From Nitrospirota bacterium (GTDB lineage Bacteria > Nitrospirota > Thermodesulfovibrionia > Thermodesulfovibrionales > SM23-35), in contig JBFLWW010000007.1 in the NCBI GenBank assembly GCA_040757475.1, positions 26,277 to 67,233 of the forward strand: DNA of 40,957 nt, written 5' to 3'. Under the pieces are notes generated by a model. The model was not told the origin of the DNA and did no database searches. It saw only the letters and a list, made by a program, of their open reading frames with translations. This document shows positions 1 to 13,242 of the stretch, piece by piece; positions within the stretch are counted from its first letter, which is position 1; every line of letters starts with the position of its first letter. The position numbers and the translations under genes were made by a program.

Positions 1-17
1 AAATCAAATTAAAAACT

Positions 18-45
18 CTTGACTTTTGACTCGTAACTATTGACT
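18..45. repeat. Degenerate 7-bp tandem array (CTTGACT TTTGACT CGTAACT ATTGACT), probably the right arm of an array cut by the window edge
   Basis: Four units with period 7, preceded by TTAAAAACT as in the spacer of the gyrB-gyrA array. Confidence 0.7.
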
Positions 46-60
46 ATTACCATAACATCT

Positions 61-1080
61 ATGCTTGAGATTGACGGTAGCTACGGCGAGGCAGGAGGAC
101 AGATACTGAGGACTTCCCTCAGCCTCTCATGCCTTTTAAGAAAACCCTTCAGGATGTTCAATATAAGAAAAGGCCGTAAAAAGCCAGGTCTGATGCCACA
201 GCACCTCACATGCGTCCGTGCAGCAACCCTTATATCTGATGCAAAGGTTAAAGGTGACGATGAAGGTTCTACTGAACTCATCTTTGAGCCTGAAGAAATT
301 AAGCCCGGTGATTATTATTTTGATATCGGCACTGCCGGCTCCACATCCCTCCTGCTGCAGTCAATATTACCACCTCTTATCTTTTCAAAGGAAAAATCGT
401 CCATAACCCTTAAAGGCGGAACACATGTGCCCTTCAGCCCGACCTTTCATTATTTAAGTGATGTATTCGTGCCCATGCTGAGTAAACTCGGAGTAAGATT
501 ATCTCTCAGTATAGAGAGTTATGGGTTTTATCCAAAAGGAGGTGGAAAGATACGTGCTGATATCATGCCGGCTAAAGATATATCCGGCATCAACCTGACA
601 GACAGAGGAGATATTATCAGTATCGCTGGTATCTCAGGGATTGGAAATCTTCCATTGAGTATTGCTGAAAGACAGAGAGCTTCTGTATTAAAAACCCTTA
701 CTGGATTCAAGGTAAATATAGAAACAATAGATGTTCCAACACCTGGCCAGGGCACATTTGTTTTTCTAAGGGCAGAGACCAATACATGTATCACTGGTTT
801 TTCATCCCTCGGAGAAAGAGGTAAAAGGGCTGAGGTTGTAGGTGAAGAGGTAGCAAAAGAATTTCTTGAATATTATTCAACAGAAGCTTGCCTCGACCCC
901 TATCTATCTGACCAGATTATGCTTTATCTTGCTATTGCAAAAGGTGAATCCTCATTCACAACATCCCGAATATCAAACCATCTTCTTACAAATATCTGGG
1001 TCATAGAGAAATTTCTCAGAGTAAAATATAAGGTTGAGGGAGAAAAGGGACTCCCGGGAAGGATAGCTATCTCAAAATGA
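61..1080 (+). CDS. rtcA: RNA 3'-terminal phosphate cyclase
   Basis: N-terminal IDGSYGEAGGQILRTSL, GFYPKGGG and SDQ...HLLTN motifs; ATG at 61 fits the family start better than TTG at 40. Confidence 0.93.
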   Translation: MLEIDGSYGEAGGQILRTSLSLSCLLRKPFRMFNIRKGRKKPGLMPQHLTCVRAATLISDAKVKGDDEGSTELIFEPEEIKPGDYYFDIGTAGSTSLLLQSILPPLIFSKEKSSITLKGGTHVPFSPTFHYLSDVFVPMLSKLGVRLSLSIESYGFYPKGGGKIRADIMPAKDISGINLTDRGDIISIAGISGIGNLPLSIAERQRASVLKTLTGFKVNIETIDVPTPGQGTFVFLRAETNTCITGFSSLGERGKRAEVVGEEVAKEFLEYYSTEACLDPYLSDQIMLYLAIAKGESSFTTSRISNHLLTNIWVIEKFLRVKYKVEGEKGLPGRIAISK

Positions 1081-1196
1081 CTAAATTACAAATTTCAAAG
1101 CTCAAAGTTCAAATGTTTTGGCATTTGGATTTGGCATTTGGATTTTGAAATTTGGATTTCATTTGGCATTTGTAATTTGGTAATTGGTGTTTGGAT
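1075..1196. repeat. Inverted pair of degenerate ~7-bp arrays (CAAAnnn units, then TTTGGnn units)
   Basis: Left CAAATTT CAAAGCT CAAAGTT CAAATG; right TTTGGCA TTTGGA TTTGGCA TTTGGAT TTTGAAA ... TTTGTAA TTTGGTA. Confidence 0.8.
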
Positions 1197-1198
1197 TA

Positions 1199-1274
1199 TG
1201 GTGGGCAGTCGCAGAATCGAACTGCGGACACGAGGCTTTTCAGGCCTCTGCTCTACCGACTGAGCTAACTGCCC
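1199..1274 (-). tRNA. tRNA-Phe (GAA)
   Basis: 76-nt cloverleaf: acceptor GGGCAGT/ACTGCCC, anticodon arm GAGGC-CTGAAAA-GCCTC, T-loop TTCGATT, encoded CCA. Confidence 0.97.
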
Positions 1275-1348
1275 ACACTTTAAACTCTACACTTTTAACT
1301 TTTCTACTGTCAAGCCACTAAAGTTATAGTGTAAACTAAGAAAACACA

Positions 1349-2911
1349 ATGGACCTAATGAACCTAAGAAACTCGAAAAACTTAATAACCATGTATGCTC
1401 CTGCATTTATCTCAGGCCTACTTCTTATATCATGCTTTCCTACGATAGACCTTTTCGGTCTTGCATGGATAGCACTCGTTCCATTCCTGTTATCATTATA
1501 TGACAGAAGACCAAAACAGGCATTTAAGGCTGGCCTCTTTCTCGGCACCCTTTATTTTTTTGGAACCCAGTACTGGATTTATTATTCGATAAACCATTAT
1601 GGCCGCATTCCTTTTATTGTTAGTATCTGTATTGTCCTTTTACTTTCTCTTTATCTCGGTCTGTATATAGGTATTTTTGCTCTCTTATTCTCAAAAACTA
1701 TTAAATCAACACACCTCCCGGCCCTTTTTATTGCACCTGTTTTCTGGGTAGCTCTTGAGTTCCTACGTTCCTATGCCTTAACCGGCTTCCCATGGTCAAG
1801 CATAGGCTATAGCCAGTATAAGTTCCTACCAGTAATCCAGTTTGCAGATATAACAGGTATATACGGTGTATCTTTCCTAATAGTTGCTGTAAATGGTGCG
1901 ATAGCAGATATCCTTTTTATTAAAAAACGCCTCCAGGATATGCCTCTTTTCCCATTGTCCCACACAGTGATAGGATTTTCACTTCTTTCCCTGTTTGCTG
2001 TCTCAATTTTTGTATACGGCTACTGGAGGCTCGGACAGGAAAGGCCCGGGAGGGAGCTAAGAGTGAGCATTGTCCAGGGGAATATCGAGCAGGATAAAAA
2101 ATGGGAGCCCCTTTATCAGAATGCTGTGATAGAGACTTATAAAAAACTATCTGTGGAGGCGGTTTCCTCTTCCCCGGCGATTATCATATGGCCAGAAACA
2201 GCAGTGCCTTTTTATTTCGATGCAGATAAGTTATATACGAACCAGCTCATTGATTTTCAAAGGGGCCTCAACACCTATCTTCTCTTTGGAAGTGTACTTA
2301 TTAAAGGCCAAAGGGAAGGGAGGGTGCTTCTCTCAAATAGTGTTATACTGCTAAATAGGGATGGAATAGTTTCATATATTTATGATAAAATACATTTAGT
2401 TCCCTTTGGAGAATATGTTCCCCTACGAAAAATCCTCTTTTTCCTGGATAAACTCGTAGTTGGTATTGGGGATTATATTCCTGGTGGGAGTTATTTAAAG
2501 GCTGTAACTCCATTCGGGGATTTTGGCACTGTAATCTGTTATGAGATTATATTCCCTGGACTTGTGAGAAAGTTTTATGCAAAAGGTGGAGATTTTATTG
2601 TGACTATTACGAATGATGCATGGTTTGGAAGGACAACAGGTCCTTATCAGCATTTCAGCATGGCAGTTTTCCGAGCAGTAGAAAACAGAAAGCCTGTAAT
2701 AAGGGCTGCAAATACAGGAATCTCAAGTTTTATAGACAGCAACGGTAGGATACTCTCAAAAACCCGGCTCTTTCAACAGGAGATATTAACACAGGATATA
2801 AGAACAGATCCTACAAAGAGTTTTTATACAAAGTACGGTGATATTTTCTCTTATATATGTATTGTTTTTTCAGTGATATTATTAGCTCCATTAATCTGGA
2901 GGCCAAAATAG
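1349..2911 (+). CDS. lnt: Apolipoprotein N-acyltransferase (start uncertain)
   Basis: Multi-TM N-terminus, GFPW, QGNIEQ, WPETA, KIHLVPFGEY, ICYE and TNDAWFG motifs. Confidence 0.95.
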   Translation: MDLMNLRNSKNLITMYAPAFISGLLLISCFPTIDLFGLAWIALVPFLLSLYDRRPKQAFKAGLFLGTLYFFGTQYWIYYSINHYGRIPFIVSICIVLLLSLYLGLYIGIFALLFSKTIKSTHLPALFIAPVFWVALEFLRSYALTGFPWSSIGYSQYKFLPVIQFADITGIYGVSFLIVAVNGAIADILFIKKRLQDMPLFPLSHTVIGFSLLSLFAVSIFVYGYWRLGQERPGRELRVSIVQGNIEQDKKWEPLYQNAVIETYKKLSVEAVSSSPAIIIWPETAVPFYFDADKLYTNQLIDFQRGLNTYLLFGSVLIKGQREGRVLLSNSVILLNRDGIVSYIYDKIHLVPFGEYVPLRKILFFLDKLVVGIGDYIPGGSYLKAVTPFGDFGTVICYEIIFPGLVRKFYAKGGDFIVTITNDAWFGRTTGPYQHFSMAVFRAVENRKPVIRAANTGISSFIDSNGRILSKTRLFQQEILTQDIRTDPTKSFYTKYGDIFSYICIVFSVILLAPLIWRPK

Positions 2912-2933
2912 GGGGGCACTAAAAGGAGGTAAT

Positions 2934-4038
2934 ATGCTTATACAGGCCGAGTTAAGAGAAGCCTTATCAAACCTTAAGGTCAAAATAGAGGACTTAAGAG
3001 GTTATCTTTGATATACCAAGATTAAAAGAAGAAATTGAAAAGATAAAAAACAGTCTTTCCTCAGAGGAGATATGGTCGTCTCCACAAAAAACCAAGGAAC
3101 TACTAAGAAGAAAGTCGAAACTTGAGGATATAGTATTGCCCTTTGAGTCGCTGTCTAATAAGCTTGCCTATCTGGAAGAATCAATAGGGATACTTGAAGA
3201 AGAGGGTGGTAACCTATTTATAAAGGACTTGCAGAAGGGGATAAATGAGCTAAAAGAAGACCTGAATTCCTTAGAAGTTCAACATCTCCTCTCTAAAGAA
3301 GTGGATAAAAATAACGCTATCCTTACCATCCATCCGGGTGCAGGTGGAATAGAGAGTCAGGACTGGGCACAGATGCTTATGAGAATGTATCTACGATGGG
3401 CAGAAAGACATAAGTTTAGCACTCAGGTTGTTGACCTACAATTAGGTGAAGAGGCTGGTATAAAAAGTGCGACTATCACAATAACAGGGCTATATGCATA
3501 TGGGTACCTAAAGGCTGAAGCAGGGGTGCACAGGCTTATCAGGATTTCACCTTTTGATGCAAATAAGAGAAGACATACATCCTTTGTTGCTGTCCTCGTA
3601 TATCCTGAAGTTGAAGATGATATTGATATAGAAATAAAGGAAGAGGATATAAAGATGGAAACCTTCAGAGCATCTGGTGCAGGTGGACAACATGTAAATA
3701 AGACCTCATCAGCTGTAAGACTTACTCATATCCCGACAGGTATTGTTGTCAGCTGTCAGAATGAACGCTCACAGCATAAAAATAGGGCTGTTGCTATGAA
3801 GATATTAAAGGCACGCCTATATGATTTAGAGCTGAAGGAACAAGAAAAAAAGATGGAAGGTCTAATAGGTGATAAAAAAGATATTGCATGGGGAAGCCAG
3901 ATAAGGTCTTATATCCTTCAGCCGTATAGGCTTATAAAGGATCATAGGACAGGTATAGAAATAAGTGATGTAGATTCTGTTCTTGATGGTAACATTAATG
4001 AGTTTATTAAGTCTTATCTTAGGAATTCTGAAGTCTAA
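2934..4038 (+). CDS. prfB: Peptide chain release factor 2, expressed by programmed +1 frameshift at 3006-3011
   Basis: SD AGGAGG, ATG 2934, 25 codons to CTT TGA; +1 frame from 3010 is open into the 3136..4038 ORF with SPF and GGQ motifs. Confidence 0.95.
2997..3012 (+). promoter_or_regulatory. RF2 frameshift cassette AGAGGT-TAT-CTT-TGA-T
   Basis: Internal SD-like sequence 3 nt before the slippery CTT-TGA. Confidence 0.9.
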
Positions 4039-4047
4039 TGTCTTATT

Positions 4048-4092
4048 TCTACTATTACTATTTTTTTATGCTTTTAATGTAGTAATAGTAGA
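4048..4092. repeat. 13-bp inverted repeat TCTACTATTACTA / TAGTAATAGTAGA with 19-nt spacer
   Basis: Perfect complementarity of 4048-4060 with 4080-4092; may be the prfB terminator or part of the origin unwinding region. Confidence 0.7.
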
Positions 4093-4239
4093 GAGTATTA
4101 GTATGTTTAAAAGTATTCTTATATGGCCTTAAATAAGGGTTCACTCTATGGATAACTATGGATAACTATATAATAAAATAGAGGTTATTTTAAATATTTT
4201 TTAGGGATTTAATAAGTAACAAAATAGTAATAAGTTTTC

Positions 4240-4268
4240 TTGCCTATACTGTTAACATGAGTTATAAT
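4240..4268 (+). promoter_or_regulatory. Sigma70-type promoter of dnaA
   Basis: TTGCCT-17 nt-TATAAT. Confidence 0.65.
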
Positions 4269-4336
4269 ATTTTACCTTCCTGAAAAGAAGTTATTAACAG
4301 ATGTTAGTAATTTGTTAGTAAGCTAAGGGTGTAGTT

Positions 4337-5668
4337 ATGACCTTAGAAGAAATATGGAATAAAAGTCTTAATAAAATAGAGGGCAAAATAAGCAGTAATG
4401 TTCTTGAACTCTGGTTTAAACCACTGAGACTTTTTCAGATGAAAGAACAGCAAGCAACCATTGAGGCCCCGAATAAGTTCTTTAAGGATTGGATAGAGGA
4501 TAACTATCCAAATGTAATAGCCGAGGCTATAGAGGCTGTTTTAGGACAGCCGGTAACCCTGCAATACAAAATAGCAGAGAAGATAGATGCAACTGTCAAG
4601 AAGATGGATGCAAGGCTGGAGATTAGGAGGCACAGGCTTGCAAGTAGAGGGATATATCTCAATCCGAAATATACATTCGAGAATTTTGTGATCGGGCCGA
4701 GCAATCAGTTTGCACATGCAGCAGCAAAGGCTGTTGCAGAGGCACCAGGCAGGGCATACAATCCCTTGTTTGTCTATGGCGGTGTAGGCCTTGGGAAGAC
4801 CCATCTGATAAATGCAATTGGCAATGCTGTAATAGACAGGATACCTGAGCTCATAGTCCTTTATGCAGCCGCAGAACAATTTACGAATGAGGTGGTTTCA
4901 GCTATAAGACACGAGAAGATGGGCGAACTGAAGGAGAAGTACCGGAATGTTGACCTTTTGCTTTTAGATGATGTTCAGTTTATAGCAAATAAGACACAGA
5001 CTCAGGAGGAATTTTTTCATACATTTAATGCGCTTTATGAAAAGCAGAAGCAGATAGTAATCTCGAGTGACAGGCCACCCAAGGAAATAAGTGCTGTTAC
5101 AGACAGACTCAGGTCAAGATTCAGTATGGGGCTCATCGCTGACATACAGCCGCCCGAAATAGAAACAAAGATTGCGATAATACTCAAAAAGGCTGAAATG
5201 GAAAGGATAACCCTCCCGGAGGATGTTGTTTACTACCTTGCCTCTAAAGTAAAATCAAATATAAGGGACTTAGAGGGTTGTCTCATCCGCCTTGGTGCTC
5301 AGGCATCACTTACAGGGAGTCTTATAGATAAAGAAATGGCAAAAAATATCCTGCGGGACTTTATAGTGGAGGATGAGAAGCCCATAACAATAGAAAATAT
5401 CCAGAAAATAGTATGTGAATACTTTTCCCTTAAATTATCTGACATGAAGGCAAAGAAGAGGACAAAGGAGATTGCCTTACCGAGGCAGGTAGCCATGTAT
5501 ATAAGTAAACAGGTTACAGATGCCTCTCTGAGTGATATTGGAAAAGGCTTTGGTGGCAAGGACCATGCGACTGTCATATATGCATGTAAGCACATAGAAG
5601 ATAAGAGGTCAAAAGACGAGGTATTTAACAGAATGGTTGAGAATCTTTTACGTAAGGTAAAACCATGA
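4337..5668 (+). CDS. dnaA: Chromosomal replication initiator
   Basis: YNPLFVYGGVGLGKTHL, LLLDDVQF, QEEFFHTFN, domain IV RQVAMY...GGKDHATV. Confidence 0.99.
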   Translation: MTLEEIWNKSLNKIEGKISSNVLELWFKPLRLFQMKEQQATIEAPNKFFKDWIEDNYPNVIAEAIEAVLGQPVTLQYKIAEKIDATVKKMDARLEIRRHRLASRGIYLNPKYTFENFVIGPSNQFAHAAAKAVAEAPGRAYNPLFVYGGVGLGKTHLINAIGNAVIDRIPELIVLYAAAEQFTNEVVSAIRHEKMGELKEKYRNVDLLLLDDVQFIANKTQTQEEFFHTFNALYEKQKQIVISSDRPPKEISAVTDRLRSRFSMGLIADIQPPEIETKIAIILKKAEMERITLPEDVVYYLASKVKSNIRDLEGCLIRLGAQASLTGSLIDKEMAKNILRDFIVEDEKPITIENIQKIVCEYFSLKLSDMKAKKRTKEIALPRQVAMYISKQVTDASLSDIGKGFGGKDHATVIYACKHIEDKRSKDEVFNRMVENLLRKVKP

Positions 5669-5673
5669 GATTT

Positions 5674-5752
5674 TAATAACCAATAACAAAATTCCAGTAA
5701 CCAAATAATCATTTGAGTTTGGTGCTTGGTTATTGATTATTGGTAATTGGAG
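5674..5752. repeat. Inverted pair of degenerate 7-bp arrays between dnaA and dnaN
   Basis: Left TAATAAC CAATAAC AAAATTC CAGTAAC; right TTTGGTG CTTGGTT ATTGATT ATTGGTA ATTGGAG. Confidence 0.75.
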
Positions 5753-5766
5753 CAGAAGGAGGGGTT

Positions 5767-9254
<3,488 letters not shown>

Positions 9255-9257
9255 CGA

Positions 9258-9351
9258 CAGTGACGAGTGACAAGTAACGAGTAACAAGTTAAAAACTAAA
9301 GACTTAAGACTTTTAAACTTCTCGTTACTCGTAACTCGTTACTTGTTACTG
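9258..9351. repeat. Inverted pair of 7-bp arrays (AGTRACR x4 / YGTWACT x4) forming a long hairpin
   Basis: AGTGACG AGTGACA AGTAACG AGTAACA (9259-9286) versus CGTTACT CGTAACT CGTTACT TGTTACT (9323-9350). Confidence 0.9.
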
Positions 9352-9370
9352 AATTAAGAGGGGAGATTGA

Positions 9371-11779
9371 ATGGTAAAGGTATCGGTTAGCATCGAAGAG
9401 GAGATGAAGGTCTCCTACCTTGACTATGCAATGAGCGTCATCATCGGCAGGGCACTCCCTGAGGCAAGAGATGGGTTAAAGCCTGTTCAGCGTAGAATAC
9501 TTTATGCAATGTTCAGAGAGGGCCTGCTCCCGGGAAAGAAGTACTCTAAGTGCGCAGGTGTTGTTGGTGAGGTTCTGAAGAAATACCATCCTCACGGTGA
9601 CACTGCAGTATATGATGCACTTGTAAGATTAGCCCAGGATTTTAATATGCGATATCCACTCGTGGATGGCCAGGGCAACTTTGGCTCGGTTGATGGGGAC
9701 CCACCTGCTGCATACAGGTATACCGAGTCGAGGCTTGCAAAGATTGCAGAGGAGCTTCTATCTGATATAGATAAGGACACAGTGGATTACATACCGAATT
9801 TTGATGAGACAACAGCGGAACCTGTTGTCCTGCCTTCGAGGATTCCGAATTTAATAATAAACGGCTCATCAGGTATTGCAGTTGGGATGGCTACAAACAT
9901 ACCTCCGCACAACCTCGGAGAGATTATAGATGGACTTGTAATGTTACTTGAAAATCCTGAGGCCAAGGTCAAAGACCTGATGTCTTTTATAAAAGGCCCT
10001 GATTTTCCAACAGGCGGTATCATCCATGGCACTGATGGGATTATTCAAGCATATAACGAAGGCAGGGGTCTTATAAAGATCAGGGCAAAGGCAAGAATAG
10101 AGCGAGGGTACAGGGGTGGAGAGGACATTATCATCACAGAACTGCCCTATCAGGTTAATAAGGCAAGACTTATTGAAAAGATTGCAGAGCTGATCAGGGG
10201 AAAGAAGATCGAGGGGATATCTGAACTCAGGGATGAGTCTGACAGGGACGGCATCAGGGTCGTGCTCGAACTTAAAAGGGGTGAGATGGCACAGGTCATC
10301 CTCAATAATCTGTATAAACATACACAGATGGAGACGACCTTCGGAGTTATCATGCTTGCCCTTGTCGGTGGCCAGCCCCGAATATTGGGATTAAGGAAAC
10401 TACTCAGCTATTTCCTCCAGCACAGGCGTGATGTGGTTCTCAGGAGAAGCCGTTTTGAACTAAGAAAGGCTGAGGAAAGGGCGCATATCTTGGAGGGGTT
10501 AAAGGTCAGCCTCGACCACCTTGATAAGATAATTGCGCTCATAAGAAGGTCAAAAACACCTGATGATGCAAAGCAGGGGTTAATGGATAACTATCCCCTC
10601 TCTGAGATTCAGGCACAGGCAATCCTCGATATGAAACTCCAGAGGCTAACAGGCCTTGAGAGGGAAAGGATAATAAAGGAGTATACGGATACATTAAAAG
10701 AGATAGAGAGGCTGAAGGCTATTCTCAGCAGTGAGGCACTTGTTTCCCAGATTATCAGAGATGAGCTCATCGAGATAAAGGCTAAATATGCTGATGAAAG
10801 AAGGACGGAGATTACCTCAGAGACAAAAGAGATTACAATTGAAGACCTGATTACAGAAGAGGAGATGGTGATAACAATATCACACCAGGGATATATCAAA
10901 AGGAATCCATTGAGTGCCTATCGTAGCCAGAGGCGGGGTGGTAAGGGCCTTATCGGCATGGAGACAAAGGAAGAGGATTTCGTTGAACAGCTTTTTATCG
11001 GCTCAACGCATGATTATATGCTCTTCTTCTCTAACCTCGGAAGACTATACTGGCTCAAGATATATCAGATACCTGAGGCAGGCAGGGCTGCTAAAGGGAA
11101 GGCATTAGTGAACCTGCTTACACTATCAGAAGGTGAAAGGATTACAACAGCGCTTCCTGTAAGGGATTTTAAAGAGGGGTTTCTTGTGATGTTTACAAAG
11201 AACGGCACAGTAAAAAAGACGGCACTTGAGGATTATAGCAATCCCCGTGGAAAGGGCATTATAGCCATCTCACTTGAGGAAGGCGATGAACTTATTGCAG
11301 TGGGGAAGACTGATGGAAGGAGTGATTTAATAATAGGCACAAGAGGCGGCCTCGCAATAAGATTCAATGAGGAGGATGTGCGTGATATGGGGCGTACCGC
11401 AAAAGGTGTTAGGGGCATCAGGCTTGTGAAAGGTGATGAGGTTGTCTCAGCAGAGGTTGCAGAGGAAAAAACTGCCCTCCTTACAGTTACAGAAAAAGGT
11501 CTTGGTAAAAGGTCTCGTATAGAGGACTATCCTGTTCAGGGTAGAGGTGGCAAAGGTGTTATCTCAATAAAACTTATAGACAAAGGTGGAAAAGCGGTTG
11601 GCCTCATACAGGTACGCGATGAAGACGAAGTCGTTATGATAACTAATTCAGGAAAGCTCATCCGCATGGCCGCAGGCAATATCTCACTTCACGGAAGAAA
11701 TACACAGGGCGTGAAACTCATGGATGTTGAGGATGGGGACAAGATTGTAAGCATAGGCCGAGTGGCAGAGAAGGATTAG
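9371..11779 (+). CDS. gyrA: DNA gyrase subunit A
   Basis: [23 protein letters not shown], GyrA box QRRGGKG, C-terminal pinwheel repeats. Confidence 0.99.
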   Translation: MVKVSVSIEEEMKVSYLDYAMSVIIGRALPEARDGLKPVQRRILYAMFREGLLPGKKYSKCAGVVGEVLKKYHPHGDTAVYDALVRLAQDFNMRYPLVDGQGNFGSVDGDPPAAYRYTESRLAKIAEELLSDIDKDTVDYIPNFDETTAEPVVLPSRIPNLIINGSSGIAVGMATNIPPHNLGEIIDGLVMLLENPEAKVKDLMSFIKGPDFPTGGIIHGTDGIIQAYNEGRGLIKIRAKARIERGYRGGEDIIITELPYQVNKARLIEKIAELIRGKKIEGISELRDESDRDGIRVVLELKRGEMAQVILNNLYKHTQMETTFGVIMLALVGGQPRILGLRKLLSYFLQHRRDVVLRRSRFELRKAEERAHILEGLKVSLDHLDKIIALIRRSKTPDDAKQGLMDNYPLSEIQAQAILDMKLQRLTGLERERIIKEYTDTLKEIERLKAILSSEALVSQIIRDELIEIKAKYADERRTEITSETKEITIEDLITEEEMVITISHQGYIKRNPLSAYRSQRRGGKGLIGMETKEEDFVEQLFIGSTHDYMLFFSNLGRLYWLKIYQIPEAGRAAKGKALVNLLTLSEGERITTALPVRDFKEGFLVMFTKNGTVKKTALEDYSNPRGKGIIAISLEEGDELIAVGKTDGRSDLIIGTRGGLAIRFNEEDVRDMGRTAKGVRGIRLVKGDEVVSAEVAEEKTALLTVTEKGLGKRSRIEDYPVQGRGGKGVISIKLIDKGGKAVGLIQVRDEDEVVMITNSGKLIRMAAGNISLHGRNTQGVKLMDVEDGDKIVSIGRVAEKD

Positions 11780-12717
11780 ACATGGAACTCCACGATATCC
11801 CGGTCCTTTAATATGTAATCTTTCTGTACCTTCTGGCCTTCAAATCTTGCAGAGCCCCATATCCGAGCAAACTTAAGGGTAAAGATGAAATCTTTATGAA
11901 TAAGGCTGGCAAGGTCAAGTATTGTAGAGCCTGAGGGAATAGTGAAAGGTTTTGTCAGGTCAGGCTCTTTTTTGGGGGGTTTTGAGTAAACCCTGATGAT
12001 TCCTGAAATCTCAAATACAGCGTCTCTTAATTCCTCAAGGTTTTCCTTCTTCAAAGCTGATATTGAGATGCACCGGTAGAGATGCGAATATTTCTCCACG
12101 AGCCTGCCAAAGCATTCCTCTGCTTCCGGGAGGTCTCTTTTGTTTGCAGCTATAAGGGCCCTTTTGAACACAATTTTCCATCTTTCAAGCTGTTCGATAA
12201 GGAGCTCTGCCTGCACCTCAGGCTCCTCTGAGAGATCTATGACGAGCAGAAGTGCATCCGCACTCCTCAGTATGCCTGATACCCATCCGTCAGTTGCCTC
12301 ATTTCCTATCGGAGGTAAATCAACAAGCTGAAACTGAATATCCTCAAAAGGCATCATGCCTGGAAAAGGAGTGAGGGTTGAGATAGGATAATCAGCAATC
12401 ACAGGTGTGGCATTTGTCAGGCTTGCGAGCAGAGAGGATTTCCCTGAATTAGCAAACCCCACAAGTGCTATCTGGGCAGCTCCTTCTTTCTGCACAGTAT
12501 AAAGGTTTCCCCTGCCCCCTTTCTTTACTTTTTTTATGGCCTCTTCTCTTAGTAAGGATAGCCTTCTCCTTAAGTCAGCCCTGAGCTTGTCTGTACCCTT
12601 ATGCTTCGGGACTGTAGCTATCAGGTCTTCCATGGCAGAAATCTTTTCTGCAGGGGTTGATGCCTGTTTAAATCTCTTTTCAGCAGCAAAATATTCTGGT
12701 GGAAGATTTGTCGGCAT
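11776..12717 (-). CDS. DRG/OBG-like GTP-binding protein with C-terminal TGS domain
   Basis: [10 protein letters not shown]-terminal motif, [23 protein letters not shown]-like IRVYSK...ARIWG...[10 protein letters not shown]. Confidence 0.85.
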   Translation of the reverse strand: MPTNLPPEYFAAEKRFKQASTPAEKISAMEDLIATVPKHKGTDKLRADLRRRLSLLREEAIKKVKKGGRGNLYTVQKEGAAQIALVGFANSGKSSLLASLTNATPVIADYPISTLTPFPGMMPFEDIQFQLVDLPPIGNEATDGWVSGILRSADALLLVIDLSEEPEVQAELLIEQLERWKIVFKRALIAANKRDLPEAEECFGRLVEKYSHLYRCISISALKKENLEELRDAVFEISGIIRVYSKPPKKEPDLTKPFTIPSGSTILDLASLIHKDFIFTLKFARIWGSARFEGQKVQKDYILKDRDIVEFHV

Positions 12718-12749
12718 ATGATTACTTTTTTATCATAACAATAAACCTC

Positions 12750-12782
12750 TATCGGTATCCCTGGAAAACCAGCACCACTTCC
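12750..12782 (-). pseudogene. Probable sliver of rsmG (SAM-binding motif only)
   Basis: Minus strand reads GSGAGFPGIPI, the RsmG/GidB motif I, with no host gene around it. Confidence 0.5.
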
Positions 12783-12821
12783 AAATTTTTCGAGATTTCG
12801 ATGTTGTTCTTAAGCCCATAT

Positions 12822-13242
12822 CTATATGGGGTCATCGGTGTTGAGTTCAAGCCATAGAGGGTCCTTAACACATGTGCTTTTCCATGTGCAGATGGTGCAG
12901 TAGGATTTAACCCAATCTTTAAATATATCAGGCAGGGTTTCTTTTATCTTTAGCCAGTTCAGCTTCACACCAGGTTCTGTATTAAGTAATTCAAGTGCCT
13001 TTGAATCCATCTGTCTTATCTCATCCTCAGAGTTTTTTATTATAAAAGCACTTATTATCTTTAAGGTAGGGGCACTTTGCACATACATCATCTGCACCTT
13101 CAGAAACCTCTATTATTTCCCCATATTCAACCTTTTTGATGAGTTCATGGAGATTAATTATAAACTCAGGATTGTATCCTTCGCCTCTAAAGAAATGTAG
13201 ACATATAAGATGATGACCCCTGAATCTTATTACCCTATTCAT
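12822..13242 (-). pseudogene. DUF1284-like Cys/His-rich protein split by a frameshift in an A6 run (13033-13038)
   Basis: RGHHLICLHFFRGEGY and DDVCAKCP in one frame, DSKALELL...CTICTW...C in the next; removing one A joins them. Confidence 0.75.

Larger units (their letters stand above)
4039..4336. other. Probable replication origin (oriC) / dnaA control region
   Basis: Very AT-rich 298-bp gap before dnaA; tandem TATGGATAA at 4147-4155 and 4157-4165 (one mismatch to the DnaA box); TAG/TAA trinucleotide runs near 4080. Confidence 0.75.

Noticed and set aside
5740-5766. TTG start of dnaN at 5740
   Set aside because: It lies within the heptamer array; the SD points to ATG 5767.
9258-9351. CRISPR array interpretation of the repeat arrays
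   Set aside because: Units are 7 bp and tandem with no unique spacers, and there are no cas genes in the window.
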